64,000 nucleotides of DNA, taken from Chiloscyllium plagiosum (lineage: Eukaryota). The stretch is taken from NCBI RefSeq assembly GCF_004010195.1, contig NC_057719.1, forward strand, positions 81,576,340-81,640,339. Direction: 5' to 3'. The position numbers were made by a program, and so were the translations under genes. How positions within the stretch are numbered: position 1 is the stretch's first letter; every line of letters starts with the position of its first letter. Below, one piece after another: positions 24,870-38,183 of the stretch. The notes under the pieces are model-generated. The model had not been told where the DNA came from. It worked only from the letters and a program-made list of their open reading frames with translations, and searched no databases.

Positions 24870-25662
24870 GAATTCATATGTGTACAGGGACCAGATGCCA
24901 AATTTCCAAATTTACAGATAGCACAAAATTAGCTGGGAGTTGAGGAGGTTTTGCGGGAATTTGGACAGGGTGAGTGAATGGGCAAGAAGGTGACAATTGG
25001 AATATAATCCGAATGAGTGGGTCCATGTTGGTAAAAAAAGGCACAATATTTTTTACATAATCAGAGATGAGAGCAGCTGTCCTTGTCCATAAAAGCTAAT
25101 GTGCAGGAGCAGAAACAATTAGGAAGGCAAACAGTATGTTAGCTTTCAGCGCAAGGGGATGTGAGCAAACAGGTAAAGATGATTTGCTGCATTTGTATAG
25201 AGCCTCGACGAGACTGCATCTGGAGTATTGTGTACATGTTTGGTCTCCTTGCACAGAGGGAGTGCCATGAAAGTTTGCCAGATTAATCTCTGGGGTGGCT
25301 GGATTCTTTTATGAGATTGACGACACCAGGCCTGTATTCCGTAGAGCTTCAAAGCATGTTATTGAAACTTAGAGAATTTTTGCAGGGTAAATGTCTATCC
25401 CCTGTTGTGAGTTCAGAACCAGGGGTCACTGCCTCAAAGTGAGGGACAGGTTATTGAAGACTGAAATGTACATTCTTTTATCTTCACTTGGAGGGCGGCA
25501 GATCTATGAAATTCTTCACCCCATGGCATCTCGTGATACTAATGACAGCAAAGGATATGGGGATGCTGGGGAATAAATAGTGGAAGGTAAATGATCAGCT
25601 GTGGTTTGATAAATGGTGGAGTGGGCCAAGTGGCCCAAATGGCTTACCCCTGTTTCCTATTT
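24870..25662 (+). mobile_element. Decayed CR1 RT and 3' fragment
   Basis: ISKFTDSTKL (FADDTKL remnant), LEYCV and RTRGHCLKVR motifs. Confidence 0.75.
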
Positions 25663-28600
25663 TGCCCAATCACTGGTCATCACTCAAATACCATGGGGAA
25701 ACTGAGATGGTATTGACATCAGTTTTCAACAATGATCTTCTCTCATCACCATTAATTCTTCTCTTCCACATCCACCCCAGCCCTCACTATGTATAATATT
25801 GCTCCCACCCTCTATCCCTCAGTACTGACCTCATGCAGAAACCCTGGCTGATGTTTCCTGGCCTTTCCCAGCCTCAGGCCAGAAACTAACTCTAGCCACT
25901 AACACCGCCACGAACTGAATTGAAGCTAATGAGGAACTGAAAACTAGGCCTCTTTGTGACAGCCAGCTATCATGAGAGCTCACGCTTTTGTGTTAATCAT
26001 CTTTAATATGCAATTTATGAGACATTTTTCTGTAGAGAGATGACCAAAAAGTAAAAGATGCAAAAGTCAACATAAAAGAAATTATATCTTAATACTATTG
26101 TGAAGCAACAATGGTTTCTGCTCCCCTCCCCACCCCCAGAAGGAATAAAGAAACATTAGACCTTCCTTAGACCAATGACAGAGTGTAGAACATGAACTAA
26201 ATTACTATCATTACAACATGAACCAAATAGCACGCTTACTTAGACCAATTACAATCTGTGTAACAGAAACAGGAGTTGAGATCGGTCAGACCAATCACAG
26301 TCTTTATAACATAAACAAAAACCTGAGCGTGATTAGAACAACAACAACTTTGTATTTATAGAGCGCTTTAAATGTAGTGAAATGTGTCGAGGTGCTTCAC
26401 AAGAGCTGTGATTGGACAAAATGTGATGACAAGCCACGTAAGGAGATAGTAGGTTAGGTGCGAGGCTATTGACCTGAAACATTCATTTTGTTTCTCTGGC
26501 CACAGATGCTGCCTGACCTGTTGAGTGTTACCAGCACTTCCTACTTCATTTTCAGCATCTGTCATATTTTGTTTTCAAATAATCCCGTCCTTTCTTGAAT
26601 GTATGCAAGCTAAGAGGATAACAACTGAAAGTTCAGGAGAAACTCAGCAGGTCTGGCAATTTCTGTGGAGAGAGAGAGAAAGACAGTTTACGTTTCAAGT
26701 TGAATAGGACGCTTTTCAGAAACCCAACTTGTAAATACTTAAGGTTTCTTTCTGCACCGAGAATTTACACTGCTTTGTTTTTATTTCAGACTTCTAGAAT
26801 CCAGAGAATTTCATTTTTGCTCGTCAATTGAAGCAAGTTAGTTCTCTTCAGCAATTGAGTTAAGCGCATTAGTAAACTACTGAGCTTCTCACATAAAAAA
26901 TAACTTATCAACTGTGACTTGACATTAACTATTATTTTAAAGTTATCTCACAGTGTTTAACTACCTGATCAAGCTGAAAAGATTCGACATTCTGGGTCTA
27001 CGTAATTGGCACATATGTTTACATTTATTGTCAAAAGTCCAACCTCCAAATCCTCAATGTTCAAACCAAAAGAAATATTTGGACAAAATAAATATAAACT
27101 GTTGCACAGGAGTTAACATAAAGCAGGGTGTTGAATTATCTTCGCAGTCCTCCAGAATCGCTGAGAGCAACTAATGAGTAAAAAATAAGACATTAATCAA
27201 ATGCTGTGTTCACCCATATCTATGTAAACAATATTCAACAACATTGAAAGGGGATTAGTTGTTTGACTGAGCAGGGGGGGAAAGATGTATGACAAAACAC
27301 CCCATCCCACATTGGCCACCTTGCACTCAATGCACTTCTAACTGAAGCTAATTGGAACGTCTGTCTATCGCACTACTAAATCCAGCGCTGAGCTTCTGGA
27401 GCCATCTTTGATCATTCACTGTTAATTAATTTTGCTGAAGTTACTGTCTTCTGGAAAAACCTTCACTTGCTCAGAAAGAACAAAGAGTCAATAGATCAGT
27501 CTTCATGTCTACAACCCATAAGACATTCAACAGACTCTTATGCATGTGGGGGGATGGGTTTTCTGACCAAATCATGGTGGACCTGGGACAAGAATGATCT
27601 ATTTGAAATTTAAAGTCAAAGATTTATTGAAAGCTTTCGGAGAATTTCCCACCATGATGTAAGTGTGACAGAAGCCAGGAAGGTTAGGGGTGGGGGTGGG
27701 GAGGGGTGGAGGGGGGGGGAGGGATTGGTGGTTAGGAGATGCTGAATGGAATTGGATGGTTAAGGTGAGAAGCTTGTGTCAAACTATAGGAACATCAGAC
27801 AAATACTCAGTTACATAGTCCCCATCCCAATTGTTGTTCAAATCACTCCCCCACTCCAATTCTCATTTCAGATCAAAAAATACTGAACAAAAAAAACTGG
27901 ACACTTCTACAAAGACCAGTCTTCGAAGGGGAACACAGCAAAAATCAAGTTGTAGCATTTCTTTCTGACACTAGATGATACCAAAAAGCATCAATGCAGT
28001 TTCTTCATGAATCCTCTGTTAATAAGTGACGTTTCTCCCCAGTATATTTCTTCGGGTTGCAGGGATACAAGATGCATGTCTCTCAATGATTCTCAAAGTA
28101 CACCTAGGGGTGATAACCAGGGATAAAGCTGCAGCTCATAATGATTTCAGATGGACAACTCTTTAAAACTGGTGCGAAAAATTGGGAAATAGTTGGTCGA
28201 GGTATTTCAATGGTTCCAGTGTTGGACTTTCAACATGAACTGTAATCCCAATCTGTACCATCAGAACATTGGATCTCCCCTATTAAAATAAGTCAATGAC
28301 TTCAAAGAACTAGCCCTTGCCCACTCTCGCATTGCTGGTGTCAGAAATGTAAATTCTAGCATCTTCTGGCATTTGGACTGACCACAACGAGTCAATCGGA
28401 TTAATCAGTTCTTTGCTGGGCTGTTCCATAGAGAAAATGGCACTTAGCCAAGAGTTCAATTTATGAGGAGGGGGATTTGAGGACCAAAGTGGAAACTGCT
28501 ACAGATTAGAAATCTTCTAGGCTACATACTCTTCCTATCAAGTCAATAATATCAAAGAGAAATGAACGGAGTGAATCCTGTCTAGACTTTTAATGGCTTT

Positions 28601-28774
28601 CCAATCTGATGAGATTGCTTATTTCCAACCTTGAGCCCCATCAAGATTTCCTGGCCTTGGAGGAGCTCGCAATCCAATCTAGGTACAGTGTCAAATGGAA
28701 TTGTGTCTCTTTGCCTCTTATGGATTTGAACTGAACTGAGCAGATCCAGGCAATCTGGCATGTGTCTCAGATCC

Positions 28775-29560
28775 TTATACAGAGGTGATACTGAGGTCTT
28801 CTGACAGTGACAGGCCTGAGTCACGATCTCTTGCTGACTTCTCTGGGTTGCAAAGGCAATGCATTTCCTTGTTGACAGCTGGTATTTTCTGCCTGGAACC
28901 ATCCTCCTCACCTGCATCCGATGGTAGCTGCGCACCCTCTATATCACAGCCCAGGTCATCATAAGCATAGTTGATGTTTCCGCAGGGGAAGCTTGGAGTT
29001 TTCAGAAGAGACTGGCCTCCAACTTCTCCAACTGGGCAGTGGCTATCTGGGGAAGGGGATTCCCGGGAGCTTGGTGGAGAGCTGCTGTTGCAATCCAAGC
29101 CCGAATCTTCTCTCTCAGGGACGTTCAGTGGCTTCTCTGCCACCTCAGAGAGTGCCACTGCTCTCTGGTAACTCTCAGAGACCCAGGATCCATAAGTGGG
29201 GTTCCACAAGGTTTTGGTCTGGTTGATCTGCCTCTGCTCCTGCTGAGGTTTAGCCTCGGAGGAGTGACCGGCCCCAGCTTCATAGTAAAGCCAGTGGCCA
29301 CCGACAGGGGCCATCTGATGGCTGCTCTCCATCTTGGCACCAAAGCTCTCTCCCTTTGGAAACTCCTGAAGGTGTTGGAGCTTCGATCCAGATTGCAGGA
29401 ACTCCACCATCTGACTGGCAGCATGAGGGGTGAGACCCGAGCTGACCCTCAGCAGTGGGGTCACACCACCAGAGCTGTCAGGCCGCATCACCGTATTCCC
29501 TTCGTCCTCTGCCGTTGGGCCGTACTCAATGGGGAGGAGGGTGTTGACAATGTCTGGATC
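28775..29560 (-). CDS. LTK: LTK terminal coding exon, C-terminal tail (DPDIVNTLLPIEYGPT...LWNPTYGSW...FPCGNINYAY...DLSITSV*)
   Basis: Acceptor gtcattttcag|; 786 nt open to TAA at 28777-28775; LWNPTY motif shared by ALK and LTK. Confidence 0.93.
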   Translation of the reverse strand, partial: DPDIVNTLLPIEYGPTAEDEGNTVMRPDSSGGVTPLLRVSSGLTPHAASQMVEFLQSGSKLQHLQEFPKGESFGAKMESSHQMAPVGGHWLYYEAGAGHSSEAKPQQEQRQINQTKTLWNPTYGSWVSESYQRAVALSEVAEKPLNVPEREDSGLDCNSSSPPSSRESPSPDSHCPVGEVGGQSLLKTPSFPCGNINYAYDDLGCDIEGAQLPSDAGEEDGSRQKIPAVNKEMHCLCNPEKSARDRDSGLSLSEDLSITSV

Positions 29561-30004
29561 CTGAAAATGACAAACAAGGCAATTAGACCATAATGCGGAC
29601 TTCCAGTTACAGAGTACAACAGCAAAGAGATGATGTTGAACTTGTATAAGACACTCAGCTTGAGTAGTAGAAACATAGAACCATTGAAATAGGATAAGTA
29701 GGCCATTCAATCCTTCAAGCCTGCTCTGCCATTCAATGTAACCATTGCTGATTATCCAACTCAACACCCCATTCCTGCTTTCTCCCTTTAGTCTTCAATA
29801 CATTAGAACAGCGTCTATCTAAAACTCTTCTGTGGACCTGCAAACTAGTCTGACTTCTGTCCCCCCAATCTGCCTGTCAGTCAGACATCTTACTGCATCT
29901 TGACTGACACTCAGGCCTTCATTAAGACATCAGAATCAGTGCAGTCAGGGTCACTTTGGGCCTTGTTTTACACTCATGCTCTTCAAAACCACCAGCCTTT
30001 GTTT

Positions 30005-30285
30005 TCATAGAATCCCTGCGGTGTGGAAGCAGGCCATTTGGCCATCGAGTCCACATCAACACTCCAAAGAGTATCCCACCCAGCCTACACATCCCTTAAC
30101 ATTATGGGCAATTTAGCACGCCCAATTCACCTAACCTGCACATATCTGGACTGTGGGAGGAAACCAGAGTACCCAGAGGAAACCCACACAGACATGGGGA
30201 GAACATGCAAACTCCACACACAGTCGCCCCGAGGTTTGAATTGGTCCCTGATGCTGTGAGGCAGCAATGCTAACCACTGAGCCAC
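30005..30285 (-). mobile_element. HE1 SINE
   Basis: Reverse complement of the HE1 head, body and tail. Confidence 0.85.
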
Positions 30286-30586
30286 TGAACCACCACTTTC
30301 TCTTTGAGGCAATGGTTCCTCAGCTGTCCCTCCCCCTGACATGCTCCCCCAAAAACATATTACATCTTTTCTCCATTGAGCTCATAGTCTGGGAATCCGC
30401 AGTTACATTATTGTTAAACATAAATTTGGTTGCTTTCTATGAAGATAGCTCGATCAAATAAGTTCAACTGTCACCATGTGCCTGATCCCTTAGCACTTTT
30501 TAATTGCCTTGAAGAATAGCTGTTTATTCAAACAGACTAGCTTGGAACCCTATCATTACAACAGAGGAATATCAAGCGGGGTATTA

Positions 30587-30766
<180 letters not shown>

Positions 30767-32158
30767 TCAGATAAATTCACCCAATGCCCTCGTTTGCCAA
30801 TTTTTAAACAAAGTTATTGTGACAGGAAGAATTTGAGTTTACATAATATCATTCATGATCTGTAGCCATCCCAAAACCCCTTTAACGGACTTCTGAAATC
30901 ATCATGGTTATAAACAAGGAAACACAATGACCCAATTGTGCATAACACAGTCCCACAAACAGCCACAAATAATGACCTGATATTCTGCCTTCAAGATATT
31001 GGTTGGTGATAAATATTTGCTAGGTTTCTAGAGAAAATTCCCCTGTTCTTATCAGAAGAGCATTTTGGGATCTTTTACACTTACCTAAGGGTTAGCATCT
31101 CACCAGAAGGATTGCTTCTCAGATGTTGCATCAATTCTACAGCGCATTGGAGTGCCGACCTGGATACTGTGCACAAGTCTCAGAAGTCCTTTATCTCCGT
31201 CAGTGGAGTGAGTGTTGCCACAGTGCTATGAAGTGCTTCACATTGTATGAAGGAGGCCTTCCCATTTTTCTCTCTTTGTCTCCTTGACTGTTTGTGCAAT
31301 ACCTATCCCTACTGTAGGGTTAAAGATGCATAGTTCTGGTATTGGTTTAAAGTGAATTGGACTTCTTTTTATTTACAGTTTATTGTGTATGTGTTTTTGA
31401 TTTACAAATAACATTTGAAATTTTAACACAGCTGAGAGATACTCAATGCTGGAAAACCCTGAGGTTGCTATGGAGAAAATTGCTGAGGATGGATAATAAA
31501 TCGAAATAAAAGTTTTTGGGTTTGGTTTTAAAAATATAAGTAAGGGGGAGGAAGGCTAACCTGGAGACTGAAGACAGCTGGTGTACCTTATTTCATCAAA
31601 TAGCTTAGATCTATGTAGTTAGAGTGGAGGAGGAAGTTTGAGAGAATGGGACAGGGTTCTGTAAGAGAGATGTCCACTGTGGAAGAGATACCAAGAGAAT
31701 GTCTAGTGAGTCTGTGTCTAGTGGGGACATGGTTTGTGACTGTCAGTAATATCTTTACTGATGCCAGGAAATCACATTGCTAGGAATATACCAAAGATGT
31801 GAATGATGATCTGCGTAGCCAGACAAAAACTGTAAAGAAACTCTTTTCCAGATATTTTGTATATTTTAAAGCCTGTCAGTGTAAAAAATATAGTAAAAGA
31901 GATTAAGCTGGGTTAAGTCCACTTAATGGACTGAGTTTAAGTTGAAGCTTATATTTTGTTTAAGAATCATTATTTTAATTATTCTGTTTAAATATTTAAT
32001 CATTATAACTTATATTTAGTGTTGTTTGAGATTGGACAATAAAGATTATTTTGATGTTTTACGTTACTCCCTGGAATTCTGCTACAAATCTTCTTACCCT
32101 TGCTTCATCCGTGTATTACATTCTTTAAATGTCTGTGGCCTATCCTAACAAATAGCTG

Positions 32159-32367
32159 AATAAAAACTGCAAGAACTGCAGATGCTATAAATCAGAAACA
32201 AAAACAGAAGCTGCTGGAAAAGCTCAGCAGGGCTGGCAGCATCTGCGAAGAGAAATCAGAATTCACCTTTCCAGTCCAGTGGTCCTCAGGGTCACCTTCA
32301 ATCCGATTTCTCTTCACAGATGCAGCCGGACCTGCTGAGCTTTTCCAGCAACTTCAGGTTTTGCTTT
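32159..32367. mobile_element. Fold-back Penelope-like terminal-repeat element (second family) with 13-bp TSD
   Basis: TSD taacaaatagctg (32146-32158 / 32368-32380); inverted arms gctggaaaagctcagcagg / cctgctgagcttttccagc. Confidence 0.75.
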
Positions 32368-33604
32368 TAACAAATAGCTGGTTTTCCAGAATCTTCAAAA
32401 ATAGATAATAACATATGGCATGTTTTATATTTGTTTTCAAGTCCTGTTCCTACACACAAGTCACCATTGATCTGTGAATCTCAGCAATGAATGTATTCAG
32501 CTTTCTGAACAGTGGAGAGCATCATAACTCCCTCCCTCCCTGGATGTCCATGAATCCACCATCCCACAGAAGATGATCAGGAAGGAGGAACCATGCTGAT
32601 ATCCCTTGCCTTGATGTTGAGGCCAATTATTGTAACTCTGGCGTTAGAAATGTTCTGCCCATGAGCACAACCAGCACCATGTTAGAATACTAGACATGGG
32701 GCTCCCACAATATCTGTATTTTTATATGGACTGCAGTCTGTGATAGTTGGATGCTTCTTTCCTGAGATTACAATAGTGACTATATTTCAAAAAGTACTCT
32801 AATGGCTGTAATGTATCTTGGAATGTCTTCAGGTTGTGAAAGGTGTAATTCCCTACTGCCTATATTCAGTAGTCATTGATCCTGTGGTGTTACAGTTCAC
32901 TCAGTGTTCCATGCTGTTATGGCAACAGGTATTTTTCTGTGCAAATTGTGGTTTGTAGCAGTGGATAATAATTGTAGATCTGTCACTATCATGGATCTTA
33001 GTTTGGATTGTGTCCTTGGCAGTTAGGGTTGATAGAGACTGTGGAAAGTGCAGCTGTTGGTAAACTTGATCTTATATTGAGCAACGTTTCCTAGGTTTGG
33101 CACAAGCCTTCACATAAAGCCACATAGACTCCATTGCTGTATGATCTTATAATGTCGACCATCTATTTACATTTTTAGCATTAATCCTTTACACCATAGG
33201 AGAGGTTGCAAATTTGCTGGCTGATCAACAAACTCTCCCAGTTTTACCTCCTGCTACTGGAAGGATTTGCAAATTGAATCTCAATCTGTTGGACTGTGTC
33301 ATGAACACACCTTCCTTGGCAGGCAAGTGCTTGAGTTAGATATGAATGTGAAGCTTCTGGACGAGAGACAGGAACGCTACCCACAACCTTCACTGAAACT
33401 GATCCATCAATTTTATTGGCCTCTAGTCAGCAATGCTGTTGAGCCTGTACCTAATAATGTGAGTCACCTCTTTCTAGCAATATGAGTAATCCGATTTGAG
33501 TCAAGTGTTCTGATTCTGGTTCGGTAATATTTAAGATTAAGCCCTTCCCGGTGTTGTTGCACCTTACTAGTCAAATTCATACTAACCTGAATCAAACATA
33601 CTTA

Positions 33605-33829
<225 letters not shown>

Positions 33830-34049
33830 TTACATGCTGAAATATAGGATAATGCGGCAAACAATTTGTGTTCAGAAATTTGTGTTCCTGAAACAGCAAT
33901 CTTCCACAAACAATCATGTGATAATGACCATATCATCTGTTTTTGGTGTTAGTTGAGGGTTAAATATTGACCAGACTCTCTGGGAACCATGTCTCAAACT
34001 GCTGCAGCTAAATGTCTGGATAGGCTTCTTCCACAGATCAAACATTCAA

Positions 34050-34505
34050 ACAAAGAACAAAGAACAAGAACGAGAACAGGCCACGCTATTCAATAAGCTC
34101 ATGATTGATCTGATTTTAACTTAAACTCTACATTCCTAGACATCTCCGATGATGCATCACCTCCCATGGTCATCAAGGGTCCATCCAACATCTTAAAAAT
34201 ATTTAAGTATTCTGCACCGTCTTCCTTTTGAGGATGGGAATTCCAAAGACTCTCAAATGTCTAAGAGAATTTCTGTTTTACCTCACCTCTGATTTAAATG
34301 AGCGAACCTCTTTTTTAAAGTAAAATACTAGTTCTGGATTCTCCCACAAGAGGAAACATCCTTTCCACATCCACTTGGTCAAATCCCCTCAGGACCTTAT
34401 ATGGTTCAATTAAATAGTTTCTAACTCTTCTAAATTCCAGAGGAGATAGGCCTGGCCTGTCTAGACTTTCCTCATAAGGCAATCCACTCTTGCCAGGTAT
34501 TCGCC
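34050..34505 (-). mobile_element. CR1 LINE 3' fragment
   Basis: GLPYEESLDRPGLSPLEFRRVRNYLIEPYKVLRGFDQVDVERMFPLVGESRT. Confidence 0.8.
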
Positions 34506-35016
34506 TATTCCTGGTTTTCTCTTCATGGATTTTACACTCTCTTGTTTCTCTAGCATGTTGGATGTTTGAACTCACTCTTAGAGGCTGCACTCCTGCCTAG
34601 ACTGCTACTGCTCTGAATCTCTTGCATCTTTAGCTTGTGCTTAACTCACTCTCGGTAATACTGTTTCTCTTCTGTTCCTCCTTGCATCTCAACCACATCT
34701 TTCTTTTTGTTGTGCTCTAATAGGGAAGTTGTAAACTCTTTGAGTGATAAACAGGCACCAGAGCAGGTTGGAATTTAATGCCCTCCCCCAAGGCCAATTC
34801 AGGTGCTGAGGTAATGGGCAGGAGGGCGGCAGGTAGGTTCTCTGGAACTTTCCCACCTCTGCTCCATAAAGAATGCGATGGAGAAGCTCATGAACCAACT
34901 GGAGCTCACAAATGGCCCAGCCAGTGACGCCTAGATCCCATGAGTGAATAAGTTTGACCTAATTGAAGACCTGATTTACCATAACCCTTGTTGTGTTACA
35001 AGGGTCTGTTATATTA

Positions 35017-35136
<120 letters not shown>

Positions 35137-35386
35137 TTAGATGAAGGAATAATAACTACACCTATAAATGCAGCCAAGTTTCTGAAGATAACTCCTTCCC
35201 ATACTATCAACAAGTTCATTTTATAATAATTCCTTGTGACATTGTAATCCATCTCAAGATCTTTCCCGGGGTGTTATTAAAAAACATTTGACACTAACGT
35301 GGGAGAAACAATCTGACAACTGAGAGACGGTGCCAATGTCAATGAAGTTGAGCTGTCTGAGGTCAGTGTACATATAGACCCAGATG

Positions 35387-35478
35387 GAGCTGAAAATGTG
35401 TTGCTGGAAAAGCGCAGCAGGTCAGGCAGCATCCAGGGAACAGGAGAATCGACGTTTCGGGCATAAGCCCTTCTTCAG
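35387..35478 (-). mobile_element. 92-nt retro-insertion made of a hammerhead core plus Penelope-like tail, with 15-bp TSD
   Basis: TSD atatagacccagatg (35372-35386 / 35479-35493). The insert starts CUGAAGA-A-GGGC-UUAU-GCCC-GAAAC-GUC-GAUU on the minus strand. Confidence 0.8.
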
Positions 35479-35670
35479 ATATAGACCCAGATGTTGTGCT
35501 CTTGGATGAGACAAGGAGGTGCAGCCTATTGGTGAGAAACAGAGGGGCCTAGAATTGATCTTTGAGAAGCTCCAGGCTTGACTGGGGACAGAGTGAGAGC
35601 AACAGAAGAGAGGTGTTGATGCGCACAACCACCTTAAAAGCTCACAGATAACTAAATCTGCACCATGTGG

Positions 35671-35998
35671 TTAGATTAGATTAGATTCCCTACAATATAG
35701 AAACAGGCCATTTGGCCCAACAAGTTCATACCGATCCACCGAAGACCAACCCACCCAGACCCATTCCCCGACCCTATATTTACCCGTGACTAATGCTCCT
35801 AACTCTATGGGCAATTTTGCATTGCTAATTCACCTGACCTTTGGATTGCGGGAGGAAACTGGAGCACCCAGAGGAAACCCACACAGACACAGGGAGAATG
35901 TGCAAACTCCGTACAGACAGTTGCCCAAGGCGGGAATCAAACCTGGGTCCCTGGTGCTGTGAGGCAGCAATGCTAACCACTGAGCCACCATGCCACCC
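35671..35998 (-). mobile_element. HE1 SINE with (tctaa)n tail
   Basis: Full head-to-tail HE1 on the minus strand; ttagattagattagattccctac tail. Confidence 0.88.
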
Positions 35999-36154
35999 TA
36001 CGTGAAGTGTGGCTTAATAGATGTGTTGAGACAAAGATGATCTGATGCCTAGTAATGGGGTGGCACACTCTGACATAGAAGTGTTTGTACAGGTCTGGTG
36101 ATCAATTGGAAAGCTGCAGTACTCACTTCAGCTCAGCTCAGCTCAGGCACATCA

Positions 36155-36412
<258 letters not shown>

Positions 36413-36415
36413 CTA

Positions 36416-36589
<174 letters not shown>

Positions 36590-36701
36590 TCAGGGTGGTC
36601 CAAATATGGGGAGCATTTAAAGGCTTCGATCAATTTCAGATCAGTCAGTGAACCGCAATAAATAAATTAGCAGCTACTCTTTAGGTAACAAATTAATTAT
36701 T

Positions 36702-37462
36702 GATTAGAGTGGTGCTGGAAAAGCACAGCAGGTCAGGCAACGTCCGAGGAGCAGGAACCCTTCATCAGGAATGAGGCTGGGAGCCTCGGGGGTGGAGAGA
36801 TAAATGGGAAGGCGGTGGGGCTGGGGAGAAGGTAGCTGAGAGAGTAATAAGTGGCTTGAGCTGGGGGTGACGGTGATAGGTCGGAGAGGAGGGTGGATAC
36901 GGATAGGTGGGAAGGAAGATCAACAGGTAGGACAGGTCATGAGGAGGGTGCTGAGCTGGAAGGTTGGAACTGGGGTAAGGTGGGGGAAGGGGAAATTAGG
37001 AAACTGGTGAAGTCCACATTGATGCCCTGGGTTGAAGGGTCCCAAGGCAGAAGATGAGGCGTTCTTCCTCCAGGCGCTGGTGGTAAGGAAGTGGCGATGG
37101 AGGAGGCCCAGGACCTGCACGTCCTCGGCAGAGTGGGAAGGGGATTTGAAATGTTTAGCCACGGGCGGTGGGGTTGATTGGTGCGGGTGGTCCGGAGATG
37201 TTCTCTGAAGTGCTCCGACCTATCACCTTCACCCCCACTTCCATTCATCTTCTGCACTCTCAGCTACCTTCACCCCAGCCCAAGCCCCATCCCCCTCTCA
37301 TTTATCTCTCCACCCCCGAGGCTTCCAGCCTCATTCCCGATCAAGGTCTTTTGCCCGAAACGTTGATTTTCCTGCTCATCGGATGCTGCCTGACTTGCTG
37401 TGCTTTGCCAGTACCATTCTAATCTTGACTCTGATCTCCAGCGTCTGCAGTCCTCACTTTTG
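36702..37462 (-). mobile_element. Penelope-like element 3' fragment (GIY-YIG endonuclease C-terminus) with an inverted pseudo-LTR copy at its 5' end
   Basis: Frameshifted FREHLRTTRTNQPHRP.AKHFKSPSHS..D.QVLGL...EERLIFCLGTLQP..INVDF. Terminal repeat with ctgatgaaggg at ~36760, and an inverted copy at 37216-37462 containing gcccgaaacgttgatt. Confidence 0.8.
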
Positions 37463-37787
37463 CCTCATAAATCAGATATTGCTAAATGGATTCACAAGGG
37501 CAGAGGTTGTGGTCTTACACTCATCAGGATTGGGATGTAAGAAAATCAATCTGGCTCCTCAGATTCTCGCCCTGATGATTTTGAGTCCCCTTTTGGCAAC
37601 ACGGTGGCTCAGTGGTTATAACTGCTGACAATGTTTTTGTTTCTGGTTTCCAGCATCCATAGTTCTTTGTTTTGTTTTTATCGGAGATGTCTCCCTTGGT
37701 TTGATTTCACACAGAAAGTCTCCAGATGAACTGGAGGAAGGGCAGAAAAGATTCACAGCCATTTTACAGAACCAGTTATAGTTATCA

Positions 37788-38183
<396 letters not shown>

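Noticed and set aside
29039..29593. 184-aa + strand ORF
   Set aside because: It is the antisense shadow of the LTK terminal exon with no recognisable motifs.
31313..32150. Possible solo LTR (TGT...ACA, internal AATAAA)
   Set aside because: There is no matching TSD and no second copy in the window, so it cannot be supported.
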